NCBI GenBank assembly: GCA_900617105.1
Contig: UYFQ01000010.1
Coordinates: 62,001-126,000, forward strand
Direction: 5' to 3'
Length of the DNA stretch: 64,000 nucleotides
DNA from: Hydrurus foetidus
Lineage: Eukaryota
Shown: piece by piece, positions 7,525 through 18,037 of the stretch
Layout: every line of letters starts with the position of its first letter
Position numbering within the stretch: position 1 is the first letter of the stretch
Program-made: the position numbers and the translations under genes
Notes under the pieces: generated by a model
Database searches by the model: none
What the model was told of the DNA's origin: nothing
Seen by the model: only the letters and a program-made list of their open reading frames with translations

Positions 7525-10500
7525 GCGACAAGAACGAAATAAAACTCGACACAGGCCAGGCGGCTTCGGCTCTCAACCAGCTGAAGGAATCCGCCACGGC
7601 TGTGACCCGGGCGTTCACGCAGCTCAACGCGGCTGACCCCAAGCAGTTCATAGCCCAGATGGCGCAGATGGCCACGTCCATCGCGTCCATGAATCAGGAC
7701 ATCATCAAGAATTTTGCGAACCTTGAGAAAGCGGTAGTAGAGGCCGGCCGCAGCGCGGCGGGCAGCGCCAAGAATGCGGGCAAGGACATGTCCAAAGCCT
7801 TGGCTGACGGCCTGAAGGAAGGCGACAGCGAAGTAGCCAACACCATGCGCGCGCAGACGCAGCGCTTGCAGGCCTGGTACGAATCGAGCACGGCCAAGGG
7901 CTGGTCGTTCAAAGAGTCCGCGATGTCGAGGTTGAAGGCCCAGGGGGTGAACCTGGGTCCTGACATAAAGGGCGAGGCCTTCGGTGACAACCTACGGGCC
8001 AAGTCCGCCACGCGCATGTCGGAAGACGACACACGCGCGCTGCTTGGCATGCCTGACCGGGGGGAAATGAAGACCCTGGCGGCAAGCCTCAAGGCTCAGA
8101 TGCAGGACTCTATGCAGACCAGCGCCCTACGGGCCAAGTCGGCCTCTAGGATGTCGGAAGACGACACCCGCGCGCTGCTGGGAATGCCTGACCGGGGGGA
8201 AATGAAGACCCTGGCGGCAAGCCTCAAGGCTCAGATGCAGGACTCCCTGGCAGCCAGCACTCTGCGCGCTAAGTCTGCGACCCGCGTCAACGAAGAAGAC
8301 ATTCGTGCGATGTTTGGTATGCCCGCGCGCACCGAGATGCAGGCGTTTGCCGGCAGCCTCAAGGCTCAGATGCAGGAGGCCATGCAGACCAGCACCCTGC
8401 GCGCAAAGTCGGCTTCCAAGATGACTGAGGAGGACACCCGCGCGCTGCTGGGCATGCCCAGCAAGTCGGAGATGTCCCAGTTCTCCGCCTCGCTGAAGGC
8501 CCAGATGACAGAAGCTGTCAACCTTGAGAAGACTCAGGCAAGTCTGGCCACGTCGAAACTGAAGGTGGCGGCGGCCGCCAACACCACCAGCTCGGCGTTC
8601 CTGGACCTGACCAAGAACTCAAAGGACCTGCACTCAGCGGCCCGTGGCCTCGCGGCAGGGTTCGACGCCATGTGGCTGACCTGGGGCAACATCCTGCCGC
8701 TGCTTGCGGGCGCGGCCGTGTCCACCGCCCTTGTCAAATCCATCACTGACTTCAAAAATTTGGAGTACCAGCTGAAGTTCGTGCAGGCAATTTCCCAGGA
8801 CACCTCGGTGTCGATGCAGGAGCTGATGCACAGCGTGGGGGCTACAGCTGTCGCCCTTGGCGCGTCCCCGCTGGAGGCCGCCAAGGGCCTACAGGTACTG
8901 GCCCAGGCCGGTCTGTCGGCCAAGGAAGCCCTTGAGGTGTTGCCAACTGTATTGCGCGTCGCCAAGCTCGGCGAACTGGATATGGCGGACGCCGCCACCA
9001 CGCTGACCGGCGCGATGAACGCCTTCGGGGGCAGCATTGACAGCATTGCCCACATCGGAGACGTATTCGTCCAGGCAGCGGCGTCGTCGAACACCAGCGT
9101 GGCGCAGATCTCCGAGTCCATGAAGCAGGCCTCCACCGTGGCCCAGCAGTACGGTCAAAGTGTGGAAGACGTGGGTGTCGCGCTGGTGGCGCTGGCCAAA
9201 CGCAACATCACGGGCAGCGCGGCAGGTACGGCCTACAGAAACCTGATGGACGAGCTTGCCACCCCGAAGGGTGAGGGCAAGAAGGTTGCGGCTCAGCTGG
9301 GTATCGCCATGTTCGACCCGCTCAAGCACACCACGAAGGACTTCTTTGAGACCTTCGTGCCAGACCTGCGCAAGAAACTGGAGCAGTTCAATCCCGAGAG
9401 CCAGACCTATATCCTCAACCACCTGACCAATAACCGGGGCAGCAAGGCGCTGTCTGCGATCTTGGGTATGGGTGATGCGGAACTGACGGACCTGCGCACG
9501 TCCCTGAGAAACTCCACGGGCATGGCCACGAAGGCGCTGCTTGAGCTGAACGACTCTGTGCAGGGCGACCTCGACAAGCTCAAGGCCACCTTCACCGAAT
9601 CTATGGGCCAGGCCGCCGAGGGCGGTTCGGAGAGCCTGCGTGACTCGATCCGCCGCCTGACAGAGGTGGTGGCCTCGCCAGCATTTATGAGCGCTGTGGC
9701 GGGCCTGGTGGACATCTTCACTGCCCTGGCCAGCGTCATGGTCAGCCTAGTCAGCGTGATCAGCTCCCCTACTGGACTGGCAGCCTCCGTAGCGCTGCTG
9801 GGCGTGGGATTTACTTCGGCGGGCGCTGGAGCCCTGTCGGCTGTGGGCGCAATCGCTCCGCTGATTGCCACTCTCCTGCGTTTCTCCGTCGTGGGTGTGG
9901 CCATCACCGCGGCTGTAGTAGCGCTTGGCTACCTCTACGCCAAGATGAGCGAGAAGACCCCAGCCGAGGAGGCCGCGGCCAACGTTGACAAGGTGATCGC
10001 CAAGCAGCAGGCCTACCAGAAGGAGCTGGATGGCACCATAGCCAAGCTGCGTGAAAAGCTGAAGCTGGAGGGTGTGGGAGAGGTCAAGAAGCGGGACGCT
10101 GACGAGCTTCAGGCGGAGAACTCCCTGACTCTGGCGAAGAACCGCGTGGGTGGCATTCAAACAAAACTTGCAGGAGTGGGCACTAACGGTGACCCCCTGG
10201 CCCGGGCGGTTGAGAGCTCGAATCTACGCGTGGAGCTGGAGGAGGCCAGGGCTGCCGAGGCTAAGGCCCAACAGGGTATGGACGTGGTCAGGGCCGAAGC
10301 GGCGACGAGCCGGGCGAAGGAGGCGGAAATCAGGAAGTTGACGGGAGACCTTGAGCAGCGCAATCGTGACGCCAATGCGGCCAAGGGGGAGGGCCTGGTA
10401 GCCGGCAAGGGCAAATTCACCCTTCCCGACGACAAGGGCGCGCGCAACGGGCTTCCGCGTGACAACGAGCTGCAGACCATCAAATCGCTGCTGGCCTCCA

Positions 10501-11933
10501 AAGAGGGCCAGATCAAGTCGGCCTACGACAACGAGCGCAAGCTGCTTGAGCTCGACCACAAGTACAAACTCGTGTCCGAGGGCGAGTACCAGGCGCGAGT
10601 CCTGAAGGACACCCTGGAGTTCGAGGATGACCTTGGGCGCGCGCGTGTGTCAAAGCGCGTCGACTATGACATCGCCTACAACGAGGCGGTAGAGCGTGCG
10701 CACGCTGCGGTGAAGAAGGGAACTCTGAAGCCCGAGAACCTAGACCACGAACTTGGTCAGCTGTCCAACAACCGCAAGGCGTTTGTCGCCGAGCAGGATG
10801 CCAAAGACGTGGAACTGCTGGGCGCCGCCGAAACGCGCCGCGCGCAGACGCTTAGGGTCATGGCCGGTGAGGTGAAGCTGGCCGGAGAGGCTGCGGACCT
10901 TTACGTGGCAAAGATGAACCGCGAGCTGGACGCAGAGTCCGACCTACTGCGGGTCAAGCGCGAGCACGCAGAGGACACCCCGGGCGAGCGCGCGCGCTAC
11001 GAGGCGGAGCAGACATTCCTTGCGAAGCAGGCCACTGAGGTCGCTAACCTCACGAAGAAGTATGAGGACCTCCTCGCAGCGTCAAACGCGCTGCGTGCCG
11101 GACTAGGTCCCATGCCCGCAAGTCCAGAGGCGGCGGGGTCAGTGCTGGATGCGGCGGCTACCGCTGCGGCTGCTAAATCAAAACTTGACGAGCTCAAGGG
11201 CGCTGTGGGGAAAGGGTCAGAAGAGGCCGGCAAGAACGCAGCTGACGCAATCCGCGACCAGACCAACGCACTAAAGGGCGCCCGGAGGGCTTTCACTGAT
11301 TACCGCGACACGGCCAACAACGTGTTCGAGTCGGTGCGCGCCGCGTCGACGAAGCTGTTCAGCGGCATGACCGACGCCATCTTCAACTTCGCCAAGACGG
11401 GCAAGTTGGACATGGCCGACCTGACCCAGAACATCCTGGATGACCTGCTGAAGATCTCCATTCAGCGGAGCATCACTGCACCTCTGGCAGACGCTATGTC
11501 TAGCGGCATCGGGGCCTTCGCCAGCTTCCTGTTCAGCGCCAACGGCAACGCCTTTGGGCCTGGTGGCCTGATCCCGTTTGCCAAGGGCGGTGTGTTCGAC
11601 TCACCAACGGCCTTCGGCTTCGGCGGAGGGAAGATGGGCGTGCTGGGTGAGGCTGGCCCAGAGGCCGTCATGCCCCTGCAACGCGGCGCCAACGGCCAGC
11701 TTGGCATCGCTGGCGGCGGCAGCAACGTCACCATGACGGTCAACATCATTGAGGACTCCAGCAAGTCTGGGACGACCAACTCGCGGAGCGACGGGCAGGG
11801 CGGCAACATCCTTGATGTGTTTGTCGAGAAGGTTAAGACCTCGATAGCTGGAGACATCTCTCGGGGCACGGGTGCGGTGCCTTCGGCTCTCAGCCAAACA
11901 TATTCTCTAAATCGCGTGGCGGGATCGTACTGA
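7521..11933 (+). CDS. Tail tape measure protein
   Basis: 1470 aa Ala-rich helical protein with tape-measure core, hydrophobic segment and C-terminal FAKGGVF...MGVLGEAGPEAVMPL. Confidence 0.95.
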   Translation: MSDKNEIKLDTGQAASALNQLKESATAVTRAFTQLNAADPKQFIAQMAQMATSIASMNQDIIKNFANLEKAVVEAGRSAAGSAKNAGKDMSKALADGLKEGDSEVANTMRAQTQRLQAWYESSTAKGWSFKESAMSRLKAQGVNLGPDIKGEAFGDNLRAKSATRMSEDDTRALLGMPDRGEMKTLAASLKAQMQDSMQTSALRAKSASRMSEDDTRALLGMPDRGEMKTLAASLKAQMQDSLAASTLRAKSATRVNEEDIRAMFGMPARTEMQAFAGSLKAQMQEAMQTSTLRAKSASKMTEEDTRALLGMPSKSEMSQFSASLKAQMTEAVNLEKTQASLATSKLKVAAAANTTSSAFLDLTKNSKDLHSAARGLAAGFDAMWLTWGNILPLLAGAAVSTALVKSITDFKNLEYQLKFVQAISQDTSVSMQELMHSVGATAVALGASPLEAAKGLQVLAQAGLSAKEALEVLPTVLRVAKLGELDMADAATTLTGAMNAFGGSIDSIAHIGDVFVQAAASSNTSVAQISESMKQASTVAQQYGQSVEDVGVALVALAKRNITGSAAGTAYRNLMDELATPKGEGKKVAAQLGIAMFDPLKHTTKDFFETFVPDLRKKLEQFNPESQTYILNHLTNNRGSKALSAILGMGDAELTDLRTSLRNSTGMATKALLELNDSVQGDLDKLKATFTESMGQAAEGGSESLRDSIRRLTEVVASPAFMSAVAGLVDIFTALASVMVSLVSVISSPTGLAASVALLGVGFTSAGAGALSAVGAIAPLIATLLRFSVVGVAITAAVVALGYLYAKMSEKTPAEEAAANVDKVIAKQQAYQKELDGTIAKLREKLKLEGVGEVKKRDADELQAENSLTLAKNRVGGIQTKLAGVGTNGDPLARAVESSNLRVELEEARAAEAKAQQGMDVVRAEAATSRAKEAEIRKLTGDLEQRNRDANAAKGEGLVAGKGKFTLPDDKGARNGLPRDNELQTIKSLLASKEGQIKSAYDNERKLLELDHKYKLVSEGEYQARVLKDTLEFEDDLGRARVSKRVDYDIAYNEAVERAHAAVKKGTLKPENLDHELGQLSNNRKAFVAEQDAKDVELLGAAETRRAQTLRVMAGEVKLAGEAADLYVAKMNRELDAESDLLRVKREHAEDTPGERARYEAEQTFLAKQATEVANLTKKYEDLLAASNALRAGLGPMPASPEAAGSVLDAAATAAAAKSKLDELKGAVGKGSEEAGKNAADAIRDQTNALKGARRAFTDYRDTANNVFESVRAASTKLFSGMTDAIFNFAKTGKLDMADLTQNILDDLLKISIQRSITAPLADAMSSGIGAFASFLFSANGNAFGPGGLIPFAKGGVFDSPTAFGFGGGKMGVLGEAGPEAVMPLQRGANGQLGIAGGGSNVTMTVNIIEDSSKSGTTNSRSDGQGGNILDVFVEKVKTSIAGDISRGTGAVPSALSQTYSLNRVAGSY
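7992..8512 (+). repeat. Four tandem 135-bp (45-aa) repeats in tape measure gene
   Basis: Units start at 7992, 8127, 8262 and 8397: LRAKSA-x2-M-x-E-D/E-D-x-RA-x2-GMP...SLKAQM. Confidence 0.95.
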
Positions 11934-11934
11934 T

Positions 11935-12294
11935 ATGGCAACTTGGCCCTCAACCCTACCTCGTCCCACCAGTGATGGCTACGCCATCGAGCCCGCTGAC
12001 CCCGTGATCCGCACAGAGATGGAGGCGGGTGCCCCACGGGCACGTCGGCGCACCCACGCGCGGCGCGACAAGGTCAAGGTCACGTGGGATCTCACCGACG
12101 CCCAGCTCGCCACTTTTCGGGCCTGGTTTGACGCGGATTCGGGAGCGGCAGGAGGCGCGGCCTGGTTCACGGTAGACCTTGCGCTTGGCACGGGCGGAGT
12201 TGTATCCACCTCGGCCAGATTTGCCGGGATCTTCACCTGTTCTCATAGGGGCGGCCTGCAGTGGGCCGTCTCCGCAGATTTGGAAGTTCGATAA
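11935..12294 (+). CDS. Distal tail protein
   Basis: WPSTLP...RTEMEAG-x2-RARRR...GAAWF; follows tape measure. Confidence 0.75.
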   Translation: MATWPSTLPRPTSDGYAIEPADPVIRTEMEAGAPRARRRTHARRDKVKVTWDLTDAQLATFRAWFDADSGAAGGAAWFTVDLALGTGGVVSTSARFAGIFTCSHRGGLQWAVSADLEVR

Positions 12295-12295
12295 A

Positions 12296-12826
12296 ATGGA
12301 TGACTCGCTCAGTATCGCGCTCAAGGAAGCCTACGCTTCAGCTCCCACCAACGTGGTGATCTACCACACCATTGAGCTTCGGCACCCGGCTTTCACCAGC
12401 CCAATCCGAGTGGTGCGTGACAGTGAAGACCTCAGCGCACGGCTTGAACTCAGCGCGCCCGTCGACGCGGGAGAAGTCGTCCAGTTCGTTGCGTTTGGGT
12501 TCGACTTCACCAAGCCCGAAGTTTCCGCTACGGGGCTGCCCCAGGTCAGCCTTGAAATTGACAACGTGGACCGCTCAATCGTCGCCAACATCGAGGCAGC
12601 TCTGGGGTCCACAGAGCTTGTCGAGCTCACCTACCGAGAGTTCCTGAGCACCGACCTGGTGGCGCCCTCCAGCGCGCCCCAAAACAATCCACCGGTCAGC
12701 CTGACCATCATGAGCGTCACCGCAGACGTGTTCAAGATCCGGGCCGTCGCTGGGTTCCCCAACTTCATGAACAAGCGGTTCCCCCGGGTGGAGTACAGCG
12801 CGGACGTTTTCAAGGCGCTGCAGTGA
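12296..12826 (+). CDS. Minor tail tip protein (DUF1833-like)
   Basis: EAYASA...TIELRHP...IRVV...LEIDNV...FP pattern; ATG at 12296. Confidence 0.75.
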   Translation: MDDSLSIALKEAYASAPTNVVIYHTIELRHPAFTSPIRVVRDSEDLSARLELSAPVDAGEVVQFVAFGFDFTKPEVSATGLPQVSLEIDNVDRSIVANIEAALGSTELVELTYREFLSTDLVAPSSAPQNNPPVSLTIMSVTADVFKIRAVAGFPNFMNKRFPRVEYSADVFKALQ

Positions 12827-13215
12827 AGCCTTTCGCAGCGTACATCGGCACACCCTGGGTTGCGGGCGCCCAGGGGCCTGAGGCGTTCGACTGCATGGCC
12901 TTTTTCCGGCATGTGCAGGGAGAGCACTTCGGCGTCGCCGTGCCGCCCATCATCGCACCCGACTACGACGACCCCAGCGCCCTCGTCGACCTCTTCTCAA
13001 ACCACCCGGAGAGGGCCAGGTGGGCGACCCTTGCGAAGCCCGAGCACGGCTGCGCGGCACTGATCCGCAGACCCATGCACATAGGCGTGTGGCTGGACCT
13101 CGATGGGGGCGGAGTGCTGCACTGTGTACGCGGCCACGGCGTGGTGTTCACCAGCGACAGCTCCTGGCCCGTTAGTGGCTTCGGCAGAAAAGAATATTTC
13201 AGAGCACCAGCATGA
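12823..13215 (+). CDS. NlpC/P60-like tail assembly protein
   Basis: YIGTPW...FDC, HIGVW and VLH motifs. Confidence 0.85.
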   Translation: MKPFAAYIGTPWVAGAQGPEAFDCMAFFRHVQGEHFGVAVPPIIAPDYDDPSALVDLFSNHPERARWATLAKPEHGCAALIRRPMHIGVWLDLDGGGVLHCVRGHGVVFTSDSSWPVSGFGRKEYFRAPA

Positions 13216-16200
13216 GCAACATCACAGTAATCTACCTTGAGAATGCCCTCCTTCCGGCGAATCGGATCATCAGCGAGGTAGCCCCCACGACGCTGAGAGA
13301 ACTTGCGCCCACGGGCTGGATTCTCCCCTTCGTAGCGTTTCTGGACGGTGAGCCCGTGCTTCGCGCGGATTGGGATCTCGTGCCCGAGCCTGGGCAGTGC
13401 CTGGCCTTCGTTGAGGTGGGTGCCATACCCCAGGGAGGCGGCGGGGGCGGTGGAGGTGGCTCCGACCCCATGCGGACTATTCTGACCATTGCGGTTATTT
13501 GGGCTACCGCGGGGATGGGTGGAGCCCTGTTGGGCATCCAAGGAGCGGCCGCCGTAGGCGCTATGGGAGTAGCCGCAGCCAACGCCGCCGTCACCATGAT
13601 TGGCGTGGCGGTTGTGAATGCGCTTATTCCGGCCCCTACGGCCTCTACGTCCCCCCAGCAGGCATCCAGCATGGCGGCGGCAAGCCCTACCTACAGCCTG
13701 CAGGCCCAGGGCAACACTTCGCGCGTGGACTCGGCTATCCCCGAGCAGTTTGGCCGCCTGAAGGCCTTCCCCGACTTTGCCGCCATGCCCTACGTGGAGT
13801 TCGCGGGGAATTCGCAGTACCTGTACCAGCTCCTTTGCCTTGGGCGGGGGATGTTTGATATTGAGGGGATCTACATTGATGAGTCTCCGCTCTCCAGCTT
13901 TCCCGACATCACCTATGAAGTGATCCAACCAGGCGGAAGTCTCACGATGTTCCCCGCCAACGTCACCACCAGCTCGGAGGTCTCTGGGCAGGAGCTGACC
14001 AACGCGGGCTACACGGGGCCCTTCGTGGCCAACGCCTCCGGGACGGAGGCGAACTTCATCGGGCTGGACTTCATTGCCTCCAGGGGCCTGTACTACGCAA
14101 ACGATGACGGATCGTTTTCGGCCCAGAGCATTACCGTGCTCGCAGAGTACCGGGCGGTGGATGCGGTAGGCACGCCGACAGGCGGCTGGTCTACCCTGAT
14201 TTACCGGACCTACACCGGGGCCACCAATACGCCGCAAAGGTACAGTGAGCGCTGCCAGGTTTCCCCCGGTCGCTACCAGGTCCGGTGCACCCGCGTCGAC
14301 GCCAAGAACACCAGCACCCGCGCGGGGCACGAGATAGTGTGGGGCAGCCTCAGGGCGTACCTGCCAGACACCCGACAGTACGGGGATGTCACGCTGTTGG
14401 CCATGCGGCTGAAGGCCACCGACAGCCTGAGCCAGCAGAGCAGCCGCAAGGTGAACGTGGTGTGCACCCGGAAGCTGCCGGTCTTCAACGGCACAACGTG
14501 GAGCGCGCCGACGGCCACGCGCAGCCCAGCCTGGGCCTTCGCCTACGCCTGCAAGCAGGTAGGCTTCACAGACAGCCAGCTGGATATGTCGGCACTGCTG
14601 ACACTTGACGCTACCTGCACCTCGCGGGGTGACCGGTTCGACGGGCGCTTTGACAACTTCCTCTCGTTCTGGGAGGCGGTCACAAAGATTGCAGGCTCGG
14701 TTCGGGCGAAGCCATTCCTGCAGGGCGGGATGATGCGGGTGATGCGCGACCAGGCGGTCACCATTCCCGTGGCTATGTTCTCTGTGCGCAACATCGCCAA
14801 GGGCAGCTTGTCAATCGACTACCTGATGCCCACTGCGGATACGGCTGACTGCATTGATGTCAAGTATTTTGATGGGGTGGCCTGGACGCCTTCGAGTGTT
14901 CGGGCTAAGTTGCCGGGCAGCACTTCAGAAACTCCAGCGAAGATTGAATTGTTTGGCGTCACAGGTCGGGATCATGCCTATCGGGAGGGGATGTACCAGG
15001 CGGCAGTGAACCTGCGCCGGCGCAAAGTCATCAAGTTCAAGACCGAGATGGAGGGCTTCATACCCTCATTCGGCGACCTGATTGTGGTGCAGCACGACAT
15101 GCCAAGCTGGGGCAGGGGCGGTGATGTTGCCGCCTGGAACCCGGCCACGCGCGTGGTGACCCTGGCAGAGCCTGTGGAATTCACCACGGGTACGCACTAC
15201 CTTGCCCTGCGCAAGCGGGACGGCAGTGTGGCAGGCCCCTACGCGGTGACCGCTGGGGCCCAGCCGGATCAGGTTGTCCTTGGCGTAGACCCCAGCTTTA
15301 CGCCTTACACAGGCGGGGACGAGGAGCGTACCCACTTTGCTTTTGGCGTTGGGCAGGCGTGGAGCCAGCGCGCCCGAGTCGTGAGCTGTCGCCCTGAGGG
15401 CGTCAACCAGGTGACCATCGAGGCGGTAAACGAAGACGACTATGTGCACACAGCGGACAGCGGGGGCACGCCGCCGGTGTTCGTTCCCAACTCGCTGCCG
15501 GGTCGGTCGTCAGCCCCGACCATGCGGGACCTTGTGGTGCAGCCGGCTCCGCGCAACCCGACCAAAATGCTTGCTTCGTGGGGTCCCGCGCCATGGGCGG
15601 ACCACTACAACATAGAGCAGAGCTACGACAACTCCCAGTGGACTCGGCTTGGGTCCACTGGGGCCGTCAATTTCTCGTTTGACGCACCCACCACAACCAC
15701 CTACATCCGGGTGGCAGCAGTGGGTATTTCCCAGGGCCCGTGGGCACAGGTAACCGTGGTTGTGGCCCCGCCTAATGCGGTCCTCGACCTGCAGTCAGAG
15801 GGCGCTTTTGACACCACCACCGCAAAGGTGCGCTGGGCCTCGACACCGGGTGCCACGTCCTACAGGGTTGAGGTCTGGACCGGTGGTGTGATCCGCCGCA
15901 CCAGCTCCACGGTGGACAACAGGTACAGCTACTCCAACGAGGACGCTGGGAGCGACGGCGGCCTGGCCAGGACACTGCTGTTTAAGGTCTACAGCGTAGG
16001 CCTTGCGGGGACCTCCGCAGCCACTGAGTTGACGCTGGTGAACAACCAGATTGCTGCACCCGGGAACACCATCGTTACTCAGGGATTTGGTAGCCTGACG
16101 GTCCACAGCGACACACCCACCGAAGTGGACTATGCCGGAACCGTAATTTGGCAGGGCACGGCTACGGGCTTCACCTTGGACAATGCCCACAAAATTTACG

Positions 16201-17189
16201 ACGGCCCCGCACCTGCCTGGAGCATCAAAAGCGTGCCGGGCGAGACCGCCTGGTTTGCCATGGCCCACTACGATGTATTCGGGCGTGATTCCCTGAACAT
16301 CTCGGCATACTTTTCAGGCCAGGCCCTGAGCATGGGCGGCGTGCCTACAGTTACGGGTGTGCCCACCACCACGAACGTCGGAGCGGTGGTTTTCAGCTCC
16401 ACGACAGGAAGCCTGTACGAGTGGAATGGCACCGCCTACGACCGCGCGAAGCCCCAGGTCGTGGCTGATCAGATCACGACGATTGACCTGAAGGCGATGA
16501 GCGCTGCGATTGGGGAGTTGAACCTAGGCCGCATGACCCTTGATGCGTTTGGCCATGTCCGCGGCGGGCAGACCGGGTTTGATACAGGCGCGGGCTTCTG
16601 GCTTGGCTACGGCACGGACAACAAGTACAAATTTTCCATCGCAAACGCCAGTGACGATAGGTTCACTTTTGACCAAAGCGGGGGCAAGTTCAAGGGCGCA
16701 CTGTCCGTGCAGTCCACCACCGAAACCGCGGTGAGCCTCAACGGGGAATTCGACACGCTTGCGGGTTGGTACTACACGGCTGATGGAACGAGTTTTCACG
16801 CGGTTACGACGGCCGACGGAGTCAGCATTGGCAACACCACTCCAGATGGGAATTTTCTGCAGGCGCTGACTGGCACGGGCTTCGAGCAAACTGACCTGTA
16901 CTCCGCAAAGTTTGCGGTCGTGGAAGGTGACACTTACCGCGCAAAGATCCGCGTTCGTATGGGGTCAGGCACGCGTGACTACACTTTCTCACTCTCAGCA
17001 GTCTTCTCCAACGCTACCACTCTCACGGACCCGTGCGTACAGGATGCGTTCGCCTACGCTCCTGGCATCGAGTACACCTGGTCGTCGAGCAACCCTAACC
17101 CACCCGAGTTCGCTGATCTCGTGGGCTCTTTCGTCGTGCCCGCCGGATCGAAGTGGGCGTCCATCCACATCTACGCCTATGCCTCGTAA
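13212..17189 (+). CDS. Central tail fibre / host-specificity protein (gpI+J-like) with FN3 domains and C-terminal carbohydrate-binding-like domain
   Basis: 1325 aa; IPEQFG, RSPAW, FDGRFD, FN3-type W...Y-x-IRVAAV, GGQTGFDTGAGFWLG, NGEFD-x3-GW. Confidence 0.9.
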   Translation: MSNITVIYLENALLPANRIISEVAPTTLRELAPTGWILPFVAFLDGEPVLRADWDLVPEPGQCLAFVEVGAIPQGGGGGGGGGSDPMRTILTIAVIWATAGMGGALLGIQGAAAVGAMGVAAANAAVTMIGVAVVNALIPAPTASTSPQQASSMAAASPTYSLQAQGNTSRVDSAIPEQFGRLKAFPDFAAMPYVEFAGNSQYLYQLLCLGRGMFDIEGIYIDESPLSSFPDITYEVIQPGGSLTMFPANVTTSSEVSGQELTNAGYTGPFVANASGTEANFIGLDFIASRGLYYANDDGSFSAQSITVLAEYRAVDAVGTPTGGWSTLIYRTYTGATNTPQRYSERCQVSPGRYQVRCTRVDAKNTSTRAGHEIVWGSLRAYLPDTRQYGDVTLLAMRLKATDSLSQQSSRKVNVVCTRKLPVFNGTTWSAPTATRSPAWAFAYACKQVGFTDSQLDMSALLTLDATCTSRGDRFDGRFDNFLSFWEAVTKIAGSVRAKPFLQGGMMRVMRDQAVTIPVAMFSVRNIAKGSLSIDYLMPTADTADCIDVKYFDGVAWTPSSVRAKLPGSTSETPAKIELFGVTGRDHAYREGMYQAAVNLRRRKVIKFKTEMEGFIPSFGDLIVVQHDMPSWGRGGDVAAWNPATRVVTLAEPVEFTTGTHYLALRKRDGSVAGPYAVTAGAQPDQVVLGVDPSFTPYTGGDEERTHFAFGVGQAWSQRARVVSCRPEGVNQVTIEAVNEDDYVHTADSGGTPPVFVPNSLPGRSSAPTMRDLVVQPAPRNPTKMLASWGPAPWADHYNIEQSYDNSQWTRLGSTGAVNFSFDAPTTTTYIRVAAVGISQGPWAQVTVVVAPPNAVLDLQSEGAFDTTTAKVRWASTPGATSYRVEVWTGGVIRRTSSTVDNRYSYSNEDAGSDGGLARTLLFKVYSVGLAGTSAATELTLVNNQIAAPGNTIVTQGFGSLTVHSDTPTEVDYAGTVIWQGTATGFTLDNAHKIYDGPAPAWSIKSVPGETAWFAMAHYDVFGRDSLNISAYFSGQALSMGGVPTVTGVPTTTNVGAVVFSSTTGSLYEWNGTAYDRAKPQVVADQITTIDLKAMSAAIGELNLGRMTLDAFGHVRGGQTGFDTGAGFWLGYGTDNKYKFSIANASDDRFTFDQSGGKFKGALSVQSTTETAVSLNGEFDTLAGWYYTADGTSFHAVTTADGVSIGNTTPDGNFLQALTGTGFEQTDLYSAKFAVVEGDTYRAKIRVRMGSGTRDYTFSLSAVFSNATTLTDPCVQDAFAYAPGIEYTWSSSNPNPPEFADLVGSFVVPAGSKWASIHIYAYAS

Positions 17190-18037
17190 TGCTAAACCTT
17201 GACGACCTGCAGCTGCTGAAGCAGAACCTGGGCGGACCAGGGGTGGATACGGACATCCTGAATTGCTCAGACATACAACAAACCAAGGCCCTCTTTCAGG
17301 TGATGCCGCCCTACGCGGAGATACCCGCGCCCCTCACGATCGGCACTTACGGTGTTGCGTTCCTGAGTACCTTCGGGCAAGGTTATACGCCTATACCCCT
17401 GGGCAGTCTCACACTCTCCAGCCTGAGCCCCATTACGGTCACTTTCGCGTTCACCTGGCCGACATCAGGACCCACTTCTGAGAATTTTGGCCTAGTGTTT
17501 GGGAACGCTGTGCGAGGGGGGTTACAGACCTACTCCAGGCCGACAACGGGAGCAACGTCGCTAACGCTCACCTTTACCCCTGACTCAGGGGACCTTGGTG
17601 TTGTGAGAGCCCTAAGTTTGGTGGTTGGCTTATTTGCGTCCCCACCGACCCGCCTAACCCTGAGGGGGAGGGATGCAACAATGACCGTGGTGCAAAACGG
17701 AACCACCCTGTACTCGGGGACATCGGCAACCTTCAACGACACGCCCATGCCAGCAGTGAGGGTGTTCGTCTCAGACCTCAGCCCCAAGGTCGTAACGCTC
17801 CAATTTGACTCCCTTGGAAATGTGCAATACGTCGCACCCGTTCCCGTCTTTGTGACGGTGGATGGTCAGAGGCGAGTGGGAACGCTTATCAGCAAGCGGG
17901 TGTACAAACGCTCTACGATCAGCGCGAGGGCTATCTGGCTGCCGAGGTCGAGTGACACTGGGAAAATAGTTACGGTCTCATTCGAGATTTTACGTTCTGT
18001 GCTAGAGGGCACAAACGCAGTGCTGGAGGTTTCATGA
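17189..18037 (+). CDS. Putative tail-tip / receptor-binding accessory protein 1
   Basis: TAATG coupling to the fibre gene; Thr/Val-rich beta composition. Confidence 0.6.
   Translation: MLNLDDLQLLKQNLGGPGVDTDILNCSDIQQTKALFQVMPPYAEIPAPLTIGTYGVAFLSTFGQGYTPIPLGSLTLSSLSPITVTFAFTWPTSGPTSENFGLVFGNAVRGGLQTYSRPTTGATSLTLTFTPDSGDLGVVRALSLVVGLFASPPTRLTLRGRDATMTVVQNGTTLYSGTSATFNDTPMPAVRVFVSDLSPKVVTLQFDSLGNVQYVAPVPVFVTVDGQRRVGTLISKRVYKRSTISARAIWLPRSSDTGKIVTVSFEILRSVLEGTNAVLEVS

Noticed and set aside
7992..8512. CRISPR array
   Set aside because: Repeats are in-frame 135-bp coding units without unique spacers; no cas genes.
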